Shown one piece after another: positions 1-11,200 of a stretch of DNA of 32,227 nt (its first letter is position 1; every line of letters starts with the position of its first letter). The notes under the pieces were generated by a model that was not told where the DNA came from, ran no database searches, and saw only the letters and a list, made by a program, of their open reading frames with translations. The position numbers and the translations under genes are program-made. The stretch comes from Octopus bimaculoides (Eukaryota). Location of the stretch: NCBI RefSeq assembly GCF_001194135.2, contig NC_068995.1:11797686-11829912 (forward strand), written 5' to 3'.

Positions 1-928
1 TACACATACACACCTATATTGCAATTTGATTTAAGTTCTTTAGGAGGTCTCGGCGAAGCATAAACTATATCTTGCTCCATAGCAATTTGCGATGAAAGTG
101 CCTGTCGCACTTCAATTTGTAGCATTTAGTAAATCCTGCTAAGCTTCTCATTGCCTTGTCTGTTAACCAACAACTTTCTTTCTTACTCTCTTTTTCTCTC
201 TCACTCAATAGATACAGTTTCCTACTCGTCTTGATTAATGCCAAAGGCAACACATGATTTAGTATCTCTCGTCCATTTACTGTTCTTTTTGCTATATTTC
301 GCTACGTACTACTGTAGTTTCAGTAGTGTCATTGACACCACTACAAAGGCTAAAATTCTAGCGAATCTACTGCCATTGCGATGGTGATGTGCTTTTCAGC
401 AGTGAGACAAGACGTTGGCATCTAATTTTCCGTCTTGCTTTATCGTATTTGCCGTTGTCATTCTGGCATCTTCTTTTATTATATCTTTCAGCTGCATGTA
501 CTGTCTAAATGTTGATCAGATTATAACAAGCGGTAAAAACAATATTACGCAAATACTCAAATACTTTACTCTTTAACAAACTGTGATGGATTTTACAGCC
601 ATGACAGGTGAGATTGGATAAAAATTTGACTGAATGGCGTTCTACCGTTTCCCATGAAATAAATAAGAAACTGAACTACTGAAACATGGATAAGTGATCT
701 ATTCTGTATGTGGCGTCTGTGTATGAAAATATATATGGGTCTCATCAATACCTATATGGACAGAAGCCATAGTAACAAAACTAAAGCACGCAGAGTAATG
801 CCACTTGGAACAGTTTGACCTTGAACCCTGTTATGCATGCGCATTAATTTTTGACGTTCTAGCTCATTTCCGTTGTTTACTGCAGTGCTTGGAAGGAGCG
901 TGTGTGGCGTGTGATCGTTGCATTGAGC

Positions 929-1011
929 ATGACAGAGAAAGTTGAGCAGAGAATCAGCATCAAATTTTGCCAAAAGCTAGGCGGAACCTGCTCAGATGCC
1001 TACGCAAAGTT
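929..1011 (+). pseudogene. Second mariner transposase start (5' 27 codons only)
   Basis: MTEKVEQRISIKFCQKLGGTCSDAYAK resembles the typical mariner N-terminus (EQRxxIKFCxKLG) and is homologous to the minus-strand copy. Confidence 0.8.
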
Positions 1012-1419
1012 TTCAAAAAGTTTTCATCGTTCTCTTGTGCGACTGAAATCCGTGTGTCTATTTGGTCAGCTTCAAAGCAGTTTTGGCACGAACTTGGCAG
1101 ACACGCGTCTCATACCCAAGTCTTCAGTGATGATAGACTGAAATAAACCGTAACTAATCTGAACACCCTCTTATAACTCACGGATGGTGATTCCAGGATT
1201 TACCTTCACAGCTGCACACACATCGGCGATGTTTATCCCAGTTCTGCTGGTTGTGTGTCTCCCAGAACGTTCGGCAATATCGACATTTCTTTCGCCCATC
1301 TTGGAAACGTCTGAACTACTCGTACATTTGTGTGCAGCTCATACACTCCTCTCCATACAGTTTCTGCAACTTTGTGTAGGCCTCTGAGCACGTATCAGCA
1401 TGGCAACTTTCTCTGCCAT
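1003..1419 (-). pseudogene. Mariner transposase N-terminal fragment with stops, frameshifts and deletions
   Basis: Manual translation: MAEKV/DTCSEAYTKLQKLYGEECMSCTQMYE*FRRFQDGRRNVDIAERSGRHTTSRT...PGITIREL*EGVQISYGFIQSIITEDLGMRRVSAKFVPKLL/DQIDTRISVAQ/ENDENFLKT. This is the mariner HTH region plus the WVPHEL-equivalent motif. It breaks just before the first catalytic Asp (TGDE). Confidence 0.85.
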
Positions 1420-1956
1420 GGTCAATGCGACGATCATACGCTACGCACGTTCCTTCCAAGCACTGTTGTAAAGGGCGAAAGTGAGTCAGAACTTTAAAAC
1501 TCAGTGTGTATGCACAGTAGACTTCGAGGTCAATATTTGCCAAGCGGCTTTACTCTGCATGGTTTACCTTCCCTCCTATGGCAACAGTCCGGATACTTAT
1601 TATTCAAACCGCGTATATATATATATCGTACCCCAGCGTTGTAACTTATTTGCAGTATGGGTAGGAATTCATTTCCGCGACCCAAAGATTGATAGTAGTG
1701 TTAGCCGTAAACCTCTACCGTGCAAAATATCTATGAAATGTTTTCACGGCAAAAATGATCACTGGTGCTTCTTTCTCTATTTGACAATATTTTTTGACAA
1801 TTAAAACATTTCCGAGTATTAAATGGACAGTCTTTCTTAAAATGCAGACCTCCACACCCATAGCATGGATTTAGTCGTAAGATTTTGCTATTTATTCCCG
1901 GTCGACATATCCTAATCCTACGTCTTTATAACACCACATCAAAAAAAAAAAAAAAA

Positions 1957-2045
1957 GTGCAAAGGAAAGTTAATCTGAGCAGCATTTGAACTCAGCTCAT
2001 AGAGTTATGTAACTAAATTTCTAAAGCTCTAACCATTCTTTCAAA
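1957..2045 (-). mobile_element. Degenerate SINE fragment (family D, see 10996)
   Basis: AAAGGAAAGTTAATCTGAGCAGCATTTGAACTCAG resembles ATGAAATGCAAAGTCAACCCCGGTGGAATTTGAACTCAG at about 31670-31708. Confidence 0.5.
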
Positions 2046-2329
2046 GCACCATTCTTACGAAGATCCAGCATTGTTACAAGCACGATTTCCGTGTGTTGTT
2101 AATCGCAAGAAGGGTTTCTTGTTTTGCTGTGATTTTCTATTTGATATTTTGCCAAAAGTTGCCTTTTGTAACAGTTATTGGATGCTGTGGATGATTCTAA
2201 AATGAATCCATAAAATAATGAGTTATGCAACATGCCATTCTATGCCAAAATACAAAATTTCATGGCTGCAAAAGAAACAGCAAAAATGCACACGGAATTG
2301 GTTCCAAATTACCGACTCAAACACAAACA

Positions 2330-2589
2330 AGCATATACATGTGTGTGAGTGTGCATGTACGTGTATGTTGCGTATGTATATGTATATATGACTGTATGGG
2401 TACGTGTATGCGTGTCTAAAAAATTACATACAATTAGGTCTAATTTTTGTATTGATCTCTTCTAAAGGTATATATACACACACAAACACATACACACACA
2501 CAAATACATACATACATACATATATATACATATATATTTACATATATATATATATGTATACATATGTATATACATACCTATCTCACTTC

Positions 2590-2651
<62 letters not shown>

Positions 2652-2973
2652 NNNNNNNNNNNNNNNNNNNNNNNNNNNNNNNNNNNNNNNNNNNNNNNNN
2701 NNNNNNNNNNNNNNNNNNNNNNNNNNNNNNNNNNNNNNNNNNNNNNNNNNNNNNNNNNNNNNNNNNNNNNNNNNNNNNNNNNNNNNNNNNNNNNNNNNNN
2801 NNNNNNNNNNNNNNNNNNNNNNNNNNNNNNNNNNNNNNNNNNNNNNNNNNNNNNNNNNNNNNNNNNNNNNNNNNNNNNNNNNNNNNNNNNNNNNNNNNNN
2901 NNNNNNNNNNNNNNNNNNNNNNNNNNNNNNNNNNNNNNNNNNNNNNNNNNNNNNNNNNNNNNNNNNNNNNNNN

Positions 2974-3060
<87 letters not shown>

Positions 3061-3160
3061 CAAAAAGGCATACATACTGACACCCGCATATATATGTATG
3101 CACATGTGAGAGTGAATTTCTGCATAGTGTCGTGTTCGAGCGTGCGTGTGTGTGTCTTTC
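2330..3160. repeat. Compound (TG)/(CA)/(TA)/(TC)/(GA) microsatellite block around gap 2652-2973
   Basis: Directly visible. Confidence 0.95.
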
Positions 3161-3887
3161 TGTGTGTTTATGCTTGCTGGATTCCACCCCCAAGGTCGTT
3201 TAATACTTACATCTGTTTTTCTCATCCCATACCAAATGACAGCAAAGATATCCAAGTTTTATCGATTCCTAACTCTCTGCAAATATTTTTTCCTGCAAAC
3301 ACATCGCGTCTGATTAAAATTGGATCTGAAACTTCTTCAGGGGAATGGCGTATAAAGAATTAGAAAACAATTTTACTGTTATATCTATTGCTGCCAGGCC
3401 GTCTCAGTCGGCAATCAACAGCAAGCAGTAGAATCTTCCAAATTATGTTTCTGGTCAGTCTACGAATAAATCAAATTATCAAAACAAACTAGTGTATGGC
3501 TAAAATTTAAATTACAATTTCAACTTACAATTGCGATTATTAAACTATGAAAATGTGAATAGAATTTACAATTGAATTAAAAACATATTGAAGGAGTAAT
3601 TAATTTAGCAAAGATCTCCATACAGCAAAATGACTTTTAAATAATTCCGAAGTTAAGTTGAAATTTTAATATAAATTTTAGCGATGCGATGTCTGATTCT
3701 TTTGTAATTTGATTTTCACTTAGACTATCCAGAAGCACAATTCACAAGTTTCCGCTATTTATATAGACCGCCTACTGGCCTGGCATGGTCTGTTCTTTAT
3801 TAATATAGCAGTAAGTCGGTTTCACGTTCATTATTTGCTATGTCTCTCTCCAGGTTTCTTTCTTTCTTTCGTTCTTTCTTTCTTTAT

Positions 3888-3889
<2 letters not shown>

Positions 3890-3949
<60 letters not shown>

Positions 3950-4296
3950 NNNNNNNNNNNNNNNNNNNNNNNNNNNNNNNNNNNNNNNNNNNNNNNNNNN
4001 NNNNNNNNNNNNNNNNNNNNNNNNNNNNNNNNNNNNNNNNNNNNNNNNNNNNNNNNNNNNNNNNNNNNNNNNNNNNNNNNNNNNNNNNNNNNNNNNNNNN
4101 NNNNNNNNNNNNNNNNNNNNNNNNNNNNNNNNNNNNNNNNNNNNNNNNNNNNNNNNNNNNNNNNNNNNNNNNNNNNNNNNNNNNNNNNNNNNNNNNNNNN
4201 NNNNNNNNNNNNNNNNNNNNNNNNNNNNNNNNNNNNNNATATATAATGTATATATATATATACATAATATATATATGTATATAAATGTATATATAA

Positions 4297-4334
<38 letters not shown>

Positions 4335-4435
4335 TTATACATATATATATAACATATATATATACATATCTATATATTTACAACTGTATATATATAAATG
4401 TATATATATGTGTGTATATGTGTATGTGTGTGTAT

Positions 4436-4479
<44 letters not shown>

Positions 4480-4480
4480 T
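3890..4480. repeat. (CA)/(TA)/(TG) microsatellite block around gap 3950-4238
   Basis: Directly visible. Confidence 0.95.
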
Positions 4481-4710
4481 ATTTGTCTCGTGCACACGCA
4501 TACAATCATACGATCATACAAGAACTTATCTTCAGTCTTGCTATTTTACAGCTATTAATGAAGCCATTACCTTATTATAAAACTATCTATGACCTGATTA
4601 CCTTATTTCATGAACTCAGTGTATAGAGTTACCTAACTTAACACTGGAATGCAATTAGGTCAACACTCGATATTTATACCATTTCACTATCACAAGTATT
4701 ATGTAAAGAC

Positions 4711-5184
4711 TTATAACTTCAGACCTGATGCAAATAGTCCTTTAAACTGTTCTTTTGCTTCCTGAGTTGCAAACGTCACCGATATACTGTTAATTAAAGA
4801 CATAATCGTTTTATAGTATTGCAAACAAACAGAGAAGTGCATATAACCTTTGCTACTTCCCCCATACTGGGGAAACGGATAAGATTCGGGAGGAGGCAAT
4901 GCTTTGCAAGAAATTGTGAGCTGTGAGAGCATTCGAAGGGTGTACGCTTCAGGAAAGAGGTCACTTGGCAACGTGTTTATCACTGGTAGTTGTGAGTTAT
5001 ACATGAGAGAAAAAACTAAGGTCAGAGTGTTGAGTGATAGAGTCTTTGACTGAATAGTATTCATCATGGGAGAATCCTGGACACCCCCATGTGGCTGAAG
5101 GTGGACTAACCGATTACAATAAATTAGAACCGACTGAACTCTTAGGAGGTAGTTGCAGGTGTTATGATGGTGGAGTTCGAACAC
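4711..5184 (-). other. 157-codon unique-sequence ORF, possibly a decayed LINE ORF1 (RRM-like) remnant
   Basis: One of the longest gap-free, non-microsatellite ORFs in the window. KGYMHFSV is only loosely RNP1-like. It is preceded on the same strand by a long pyrimidine-rich tract (about 5230-5390). No family recognised. Confidence 0.2.
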
Positions 5185-5439
5185 CTGCCGCCAGTAGTTG
5201 AGCTAAAAGACTTGAAGCCTTTCACCAGGTATTAAAAAGATTAAAAAAAAGTAAGTAAAATTATTTTGTTGAAAAAAAAACCGAAAAACAAAGAAAAGAG
5301 AGGAACAAAAAAGAGAAAAAAAGTATAAGTGTTTCATGGGAAAAGAAGAGAGAGAAAAAAGTTGATTAAGAAAAAGTCAATGCAAAAATTGAACGATCGT
5401 AAATAGTGTATATAAACGTGCAAATGGTACTGGATGGGA

Positions 5440-5590
5440 ATGGGGCCCATGCAGCCATTTCATTTCTTCATTTTTATATAACATCTCATTCTCATTCGTT
5501 TTATATTTTTTGTCCCCATTGTGGTGTTGTGTCTGTCCTTGTTGTGTCCCCTCTGTGTTGTGGCCGTAGTGCCAAATAATGAAATAAGAG
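5440..5590 (+). mobile_element. Possible 3' UTR/tail of a LINE
   Basis: Pyrimidine/GT-rich run ...GTCCTTGTTGTGTCCCCTCTGTGTTGTGGCC... ends in AAATAATGAAATAAG, resembling LINE 3' ends recalled from cephalopod repeats. Not verified. Confidence 0.3.
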
Positions 5591-5806
5591 TTGCAAGTGT
5601 TAGCTTGACCGCGTTGGTAAACCCTGTTAGTTCGACGCGTATTGATTTAAAAGTCGGTAGTTGAACAGTGAATACCGAGTATCGTACCTACGTCCAAGTA
5701 GTATGGAATGCGTTCTGTGTTAAAACATAGTCCTGCGATAGGCTATTTTCAGATAACCACAACCAACTGTTTATTTGTGTAATAGCACTTTACACCAGAC
5801 GTGTAT

Positions 5807-6194
5807 TTGTTTTTGGCACTCCGTTGGTTACGACGTCGAGGGTTCCAGTTGATCCAATCAACGGAACAGCCTGCTCGTGAAATTAACGTGCAAGTGGTTG
5901 AGCCCTCCACAAACATGTGTACCCTTAACGTAGTTCTCGGGGATATTCAGCGTGACACAGTGTGACAAGACTGACCCCTTTGAATTATAGGCACAACAAA
6001 AACAGGAAGTAAGAGTGAGAGAAAGTTGTGGTGAAAGAGTACAGCAGGGTTCGCCACCATCCCTTGCCGGAGCTTCGTGGAGCTTTAGGTATTTTCGCTC
6101 AATAAACACTCACAACGCCCGGTCTGGGAATCGAAACCACGATCCTATGACCGCGAGTCTGCTGCCCTAACTACTGGGCCATTGCGCCTCCACT
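5807..6194 (-). mobile_element. Full-length tRNA-derived SINE (family B) with 14-bp target-site duplication
   Basis: The head GTGGAGGCGCAATGGCCCAGTAGTTAGGGCAGC...GTTTCGATTCCC has A- and B-box-like motifs. The element has a CORE-like middle and a tail ending ...CGGAGTGCCAAAAACAAA. Perfect direct repeat CACCAGACGTGTAT at 5793-5806 and 6195-6208. Confidence 0.92.
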
Positions 6195-9100
6195 CACCAG
6201 ACGTGTATACCCATGTCATAACAGTTATAAAGTGAACTATTTTGAAGCACATTTAGAAAGGACGGAAGGAGAAGAGAAAATATGTAGTTTATCTGAACCA
6301 CCTATACAGCTTGTTTTTGCTGAATAAATGTTTGATGGCACATGGATAGGTATGTACTTCGATGATGTTTGTGGTCTAGTAATTTCGTAGGAGTAGCATT
6401 GCCACAGATTTTAGAGACGTACTTTACATTTGAGCCCTGTGTGTCACAAACTAGCCAGAGTAGAAGCATTTTCTTATCTCTAATAGAAATCGTAGCAGTG
6501 TAAGTAATTATAGCTTTCAGCAACAACATTGAAGTTTTCCAATTTTGTATTGTTTCTGTAAACAACAGGCGTAGTATGAGAGAATTATTACCTATACATA
6601 CATAAATACATACAGGCACGCAAACACGTACGCACACACACACAAACACATGCATACACATACATACACACGTGTGTATGTCGTGTAATACGTATACATA
6701 AAATCAAAATATGTAGTCATGTACTCTTTGAAGATGCTTACAATATTTATGCTCATGGAAGCGGTGCAGCTTCGGATGAAGTATTTACGTTATGCATAGG
6801 AAATGCTTAAATTCGGAAAAGTCAAGGAGGAGCTATGATTGCTATCATCTACAAAAGAGTGATTTGTATTACAGATGCTAACATAATATTCATGAAACCT
6901 CAGAAGAAAGGGTATATGAAGAGAAAATAACCAAACTTTGAAGAGTATTCCAGAGTTGTTGATGTGTAAGGTAAAAAAGTCACATACTAATACAAGCTGG
7001 AGTAGACCTGTCTGCCCTAAAAAAAAAACACTGCACACAAAAATGAAACACCGATGGGCCCTTTAGGTAAGCAATGTTGTGAAGAGTTTTCGGTGCAAGA
7101 TATAAAGGGGTTTAAAGTAACCAGGCTGCTCTCTCCGGAATATTTCAGCGTAAGTGTTTATAACGTAAATTTGTAAGTTAGCTGTATATCTTCATCTACC
7201 AAAACATTAATGATGGTAAGAAAGGGAGAGAGACGGGAGTGAGTAAGAGAGAGAGAGAGAGAGAGAGAGAAAGAGGGGAGGAGGGAGAGAGAGAAATGAA
7301 GGGGGACACAGAGAGATAGGGAGAGGTTCAAACGGTTAACGTGCGTCTTTTGTTTTACTTCAACAATATCTGAATTGTTAAAGTTAGAATTTTGGCATGG
7401 GTTATATAGAGTGAGGGTAGATAAAGGATGAAGACTTAACGAGGTGAAGTGATAGGTCTGGGGCTCTGATGCTTGCCACGTGAGAGTAATGGAATGACTA
7501 CCAGCGGGTGCGGGGCCCAAGTCAGGTTGTAATGATTCCGTCGGGTATGTTTTTTTTTTCTTCACGAATATACGCGGATATTGGTAAAATATCTGACGTG
7601 GATAAAGAAGGTTTGTGAAGAGTTTCGTGCGGGTTGAGGGGTTAAAATGCAAACGGCCAAAACATGTAGTGGAATTTCCAAGAAAAATGACGACAGGTGT
7701 ATTGCTTTCATTCGTCTCACGACCTACATAATGTGAATACTGACGTGAGTAATTTATACCGTTATATCAAAAGGATTTACAAAAGACTATGTAACAGGCT
7801 TAAATTAGTAACAGTGTATAACAGAATTGAAATGTGTGGGTCAAAGCATCATACACTGATGAAAGTTGTAAGAGATCTGACTATGAAACGCCTATAGCCA
7901 GAGATGAAAAACTGATGGATTCCATGGGTAGCAAACTTACAAAGAAATGTTAATGCCTGATACGATCGAAAGCTTTTCTGAAGTTAACGGATTTTAAGGC
8001 AAGAAGAAGTATCAAATATATGTTCTAATTCAAGTTATTTGAACATATTATTATGATGTATGTTGAAATATAACATAACAGTTATGTTAAAGGTTTTACA
8101 TAAAAACCAAAATAAACAAAAAAGAAAAGACATAAAAAATTGATCACAAGTATGATACTAAGATACGGCCATGTATGTGATTGATATCAGGTGAGAATGT
8201 TCCTGGTATTAAATTAAACAAGTGTGTATGCGATAGCTTTAAAAGCTGATTTCAGTTTTATTATCGACGTTAATGTATTGAATTTACAAAGCTAACAAGG
8301 AATCTTGATAAATGATAGAAAAATAAAGCAAGTGGAAAAACAAACACATAAATATTATACTATGAGATTTAGAAAAAATGGTAACTGCTATGTAGGATAT
8401 ACATGAACACATTACAAAAGTGCACAAAATTCCATATTTTTCAGGAAAATATGATTTTTCGGAATATTTTTTTTTCTGTATAGGAAAATTCCCAGAATTC
8501 ACATTCTTGCAAATAAAACAGATATTTGAAAACTCTTGACCTTTTGATCAAGATAAGGGACTACGTAATAGCATTTGAGAAACACTTAAAGCGTATGATT
8601 AACTTTTCACGCCATTGGTTTTCTGCTGCGGATGCAAAATCACTTCCGTTTCACTTGAGCACTTGAGAACATAATCAAACACGCTCTCTCACTTTCTTCT
8701 CGCTCTTACTCGGAATGTTTCCTTCACCTGAGTGACTAAGACTATTTGCTGAAGGTTAACCAGCTTCTTTAAACAAGAAAGCAATCATGGATATTATTTC
8801 ATTGAGCTATCTCCCAGTTCAAAAAAAATTACAGCATATACTTTCAAGCATATTTAGCAAAATTTGTGTTATAAAAAAATACAATTATAAAAATAAAATA
8901 AAAGTACTAAAATGAAATTTGAAAGCAAAATCGAAAGAAAATAAATATATAAATGTATAAATAAACAATTGAATATTCTAAACATAAGCTGTACAACAAA
9001 TAAAACCAATTTACAGTAGTCCCAGAGAAAGTGTCGGTTTTCGGCAGCCATTTTTAAACAAAATAACGTGGACAAATTTTTATTTAAAAATTAATTAGTA

Positions 9101-9927
9101 TCTATCGCAGAAGGATCAATCAATAATATTTTCAAGATGGAGAGATTTCAGTTGGATCATTGATAACAAATTCAAGGGAAGAAATCAATAAATTTTAATT
9201 AGTTTTCAGCGAGAAAAGGAAAAATACAAGCAAGTCTAAATTCCTAAGAAAAGAGTTTTTAGCAGCCGTATTCTTTTAATTCAACAAATATCAAATACCA
9301 GTTTTAGGCTTCAACACTTAACGGAAACTTCTTATGAAGTTAAATATTCGTGGGAAAGAAGGGTAGTGATCAAAAATTTTGCACCTATTTATTTGAAAAT
9401 AAATAAGTAATAAATAAATGAATAAATAAAAATTTGTTTTACGTTCACTATATTCAAAACGGAGCTAAATTGGAAACCTCGTGGTACTTGAAACTGCTAA
9501 AAATACCAACTAAATCATGCTTTGAATCTACTTTCACATTACAGTCTAAAATGTAAAAAAAAAACGTAAAAGTACATAAAAGGATATTGTTGTGCGTTCC
9601 GTATAAAGCCGGGATGGTTATTGTAGGAGTGCTTTTGAAGTTCTTGACGATGAGACTAAAACCATGCATCAAGCTACAATTTTGTGTGGGTGCTGGCCTT
9701 TACATCAGACATTCTGGTGTAAGTGAAATAAAGTAACTTAAATGAACGTTTGACTCCTCCGCTACTCCATTGTGCTTACAACAGAATAAATACGGACTCT
9801 ACAAGGCTATGTTTATATCCAACTTAACGTGGATGTCTTATTAGAACACCGAATACTGCAATATTAGCCCCGAGAGAACCTTTCATATAGGCATGTGGTG
9901 CATAAACGCACACACATAAATGGTAAC

Positions 9928-10048
9928 CAAAGAGACAGGTAGAAAAAGTACCAAAGTTTAATAAAATAGAGTCAGTTTGTTCAGCCAAAAAGCCCCCCAG
10001 ACTTGCGCCAAAGCATAACTATAGTCTACTTACTGAATAAGTAAAAAG
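9928..10048 (+). mobile_element. Degenerate SINE 3' tail (family A)
   Basis: CAAAGAGACAGGTAGAAAAAGTACC...TACTGAATAAGTAAAAAG parallels the tails at 25891-26041 and 28313-28437 in the opposite orientation. Confidence 0.5.
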
Positions 10049-10995
10049 TAAACGTTATTACTAAGCATCTAGCTTTCTTACCTTATATAAATAGAATGCG
10101 TTTAGAACATTGTGTTCAATTATTACCCCCAAAACAGGGTCCGAGCAAAAGAAAGAAAAAATTACTGCTAATTGTAAGAAGTGGGACATAGATATAAGAA
10201 TAGAGAGCAAACAAAGATTTCATGATTAGCTTTCAGTAGCATAGAATTATCAAATTGAATAGTGAAAAAGGGTACAGTTGTAGGAAAATTGTTAATGCTA
10301 AAATCTATAAAGATTGTTAAGATTTAAGTTGTAAGGAAACGAACGTTCGCAATGTTAAAAATGTTTGTGCTTGAAATATGCAGTGTTTCCGTTTCGTTGC
10401 TCCTGATTGCCACTCAGCTATCTGTCAGCTATTTCAGCTTGTGTATACAGATGTTCATTCATAAAAGATGTGTATAAGCTAGATATCAAGTATTGGGATT
10501 GTCAACTGAGCAAAGTACTGTGTGAATAAATTGACAGATGAGTCTTGAATGGTTGCATTAACATAGGAATAATTACAGTTAATATAAAGAAGGAAAGTTT
10601 TAATAACAATAAACGACCCCGAAGCACTTCCGACGTAATGCATTCTGAGAAGGAACCTGCTGTCAGAAAGATTCCGTTTGGGTTTATTAGGAATTTATAA
10701 ATAACGAAGGAGCAATTAGATGGGGCAGCTTAAACAGTCTCATACGAGACACAGGCAAAAGTTTGATTGTGTGGAAAGAAACAGCTTTGATTTGCCCGAA
10801 TGTGTTCATGACTACGGACGGCTGATGTATGACGTAAGAGAAAAGTTTGTCAGCAGAACTACTGTCATGGAAGTAATATTTGAGAGTTGCTGAATAGAGA
10901 TGTAGAAAGTATGCGGTGCATGCAATAAAGATTATAATAATTTCTGCTGTATTAGGTAAATATGTTATTGTTGTTGATTTTAGCCCTAGGTAGAA

Positions 10996-11200
10996 TAGCA
11001 GCAAGCTGGCAGATTCGTTAGCACGTTGGACAAAATTCATAGCAACGTCTCTTCCGTTAAGAATTTTGCTCTGAGTTCAGATCCATCCGTGGTCAATTTT
11101 AACTTTCATCCCTTTGAGGTCAATACAATGAAAAATCAGGGAAATACTGAGGGCAATCTAATAGATTTGGTCACTCCCCTCAAAATTGCTGGCCTTGTCC
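10996..11200 (+). mobile_element. SINE, family D (GCTGGCAGA-TCGTTAGCACG head)
   Basis: GCAAGCTGGCAGATTCGTTAGCACG...TCTGAGTTCAGAT...TTTCATCCCTTTGAGGTCAATA...AAAATTGCTGGCCTTGT. Homologous copies at 23476, 29693 and 31565. Confidence 0.8.

Larger units (their letters stand above)
733..1615. mobile_element. Non-autonomous mariner (Tc1/mariner DD34D-type) relic built from two inverted 5' halves
   Basis: The + arm encodes MTEKVEQRISIKFCQKLGGTCSDAYAK from ATG 929. The - arm encodes the same N-terminus continuing to the HTH region and AKFVPKLL. 882-944 matches the reverse complement of 1404-1466 at 55/63. TIR-like ends are flanked by TA (about 733 and ...AAACCGCG|TA at 1615). Confidence 0.85.

Noticed and set aside
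2404-4352. Long ORFs (150-319 aa) in the ORF track
   Set aside because: They are open only because they span N-runs and dinucleotide repeats (YIYI, SLSL, HTHT). The same applies to the ORFs near 12280-12984, 13737-14835, 18330-19114, 23813-25136 and 27033-27858.
5595-5700. tRNA-like or pol III element (TAGCTTGACCG...AGTTCGA)
   Set aside because: Box matches are weak, no cloverleaf forms, and there is no second copy in the window.
6700-6980. Protein-like stretch (VLFEDAYNIYAHGSGAASDEVFTLCIGNA*IRKSQGG...)
   Set aside because: In-frame stops, no credible splice sites and no recognised family.
7575-7605. ER-stress element (ERSE)
   Set aside because: CCACG and CCAAT are in the wrong order and spacing for CCAAT-N9-CCACG or ATTGG-N-CCACG.
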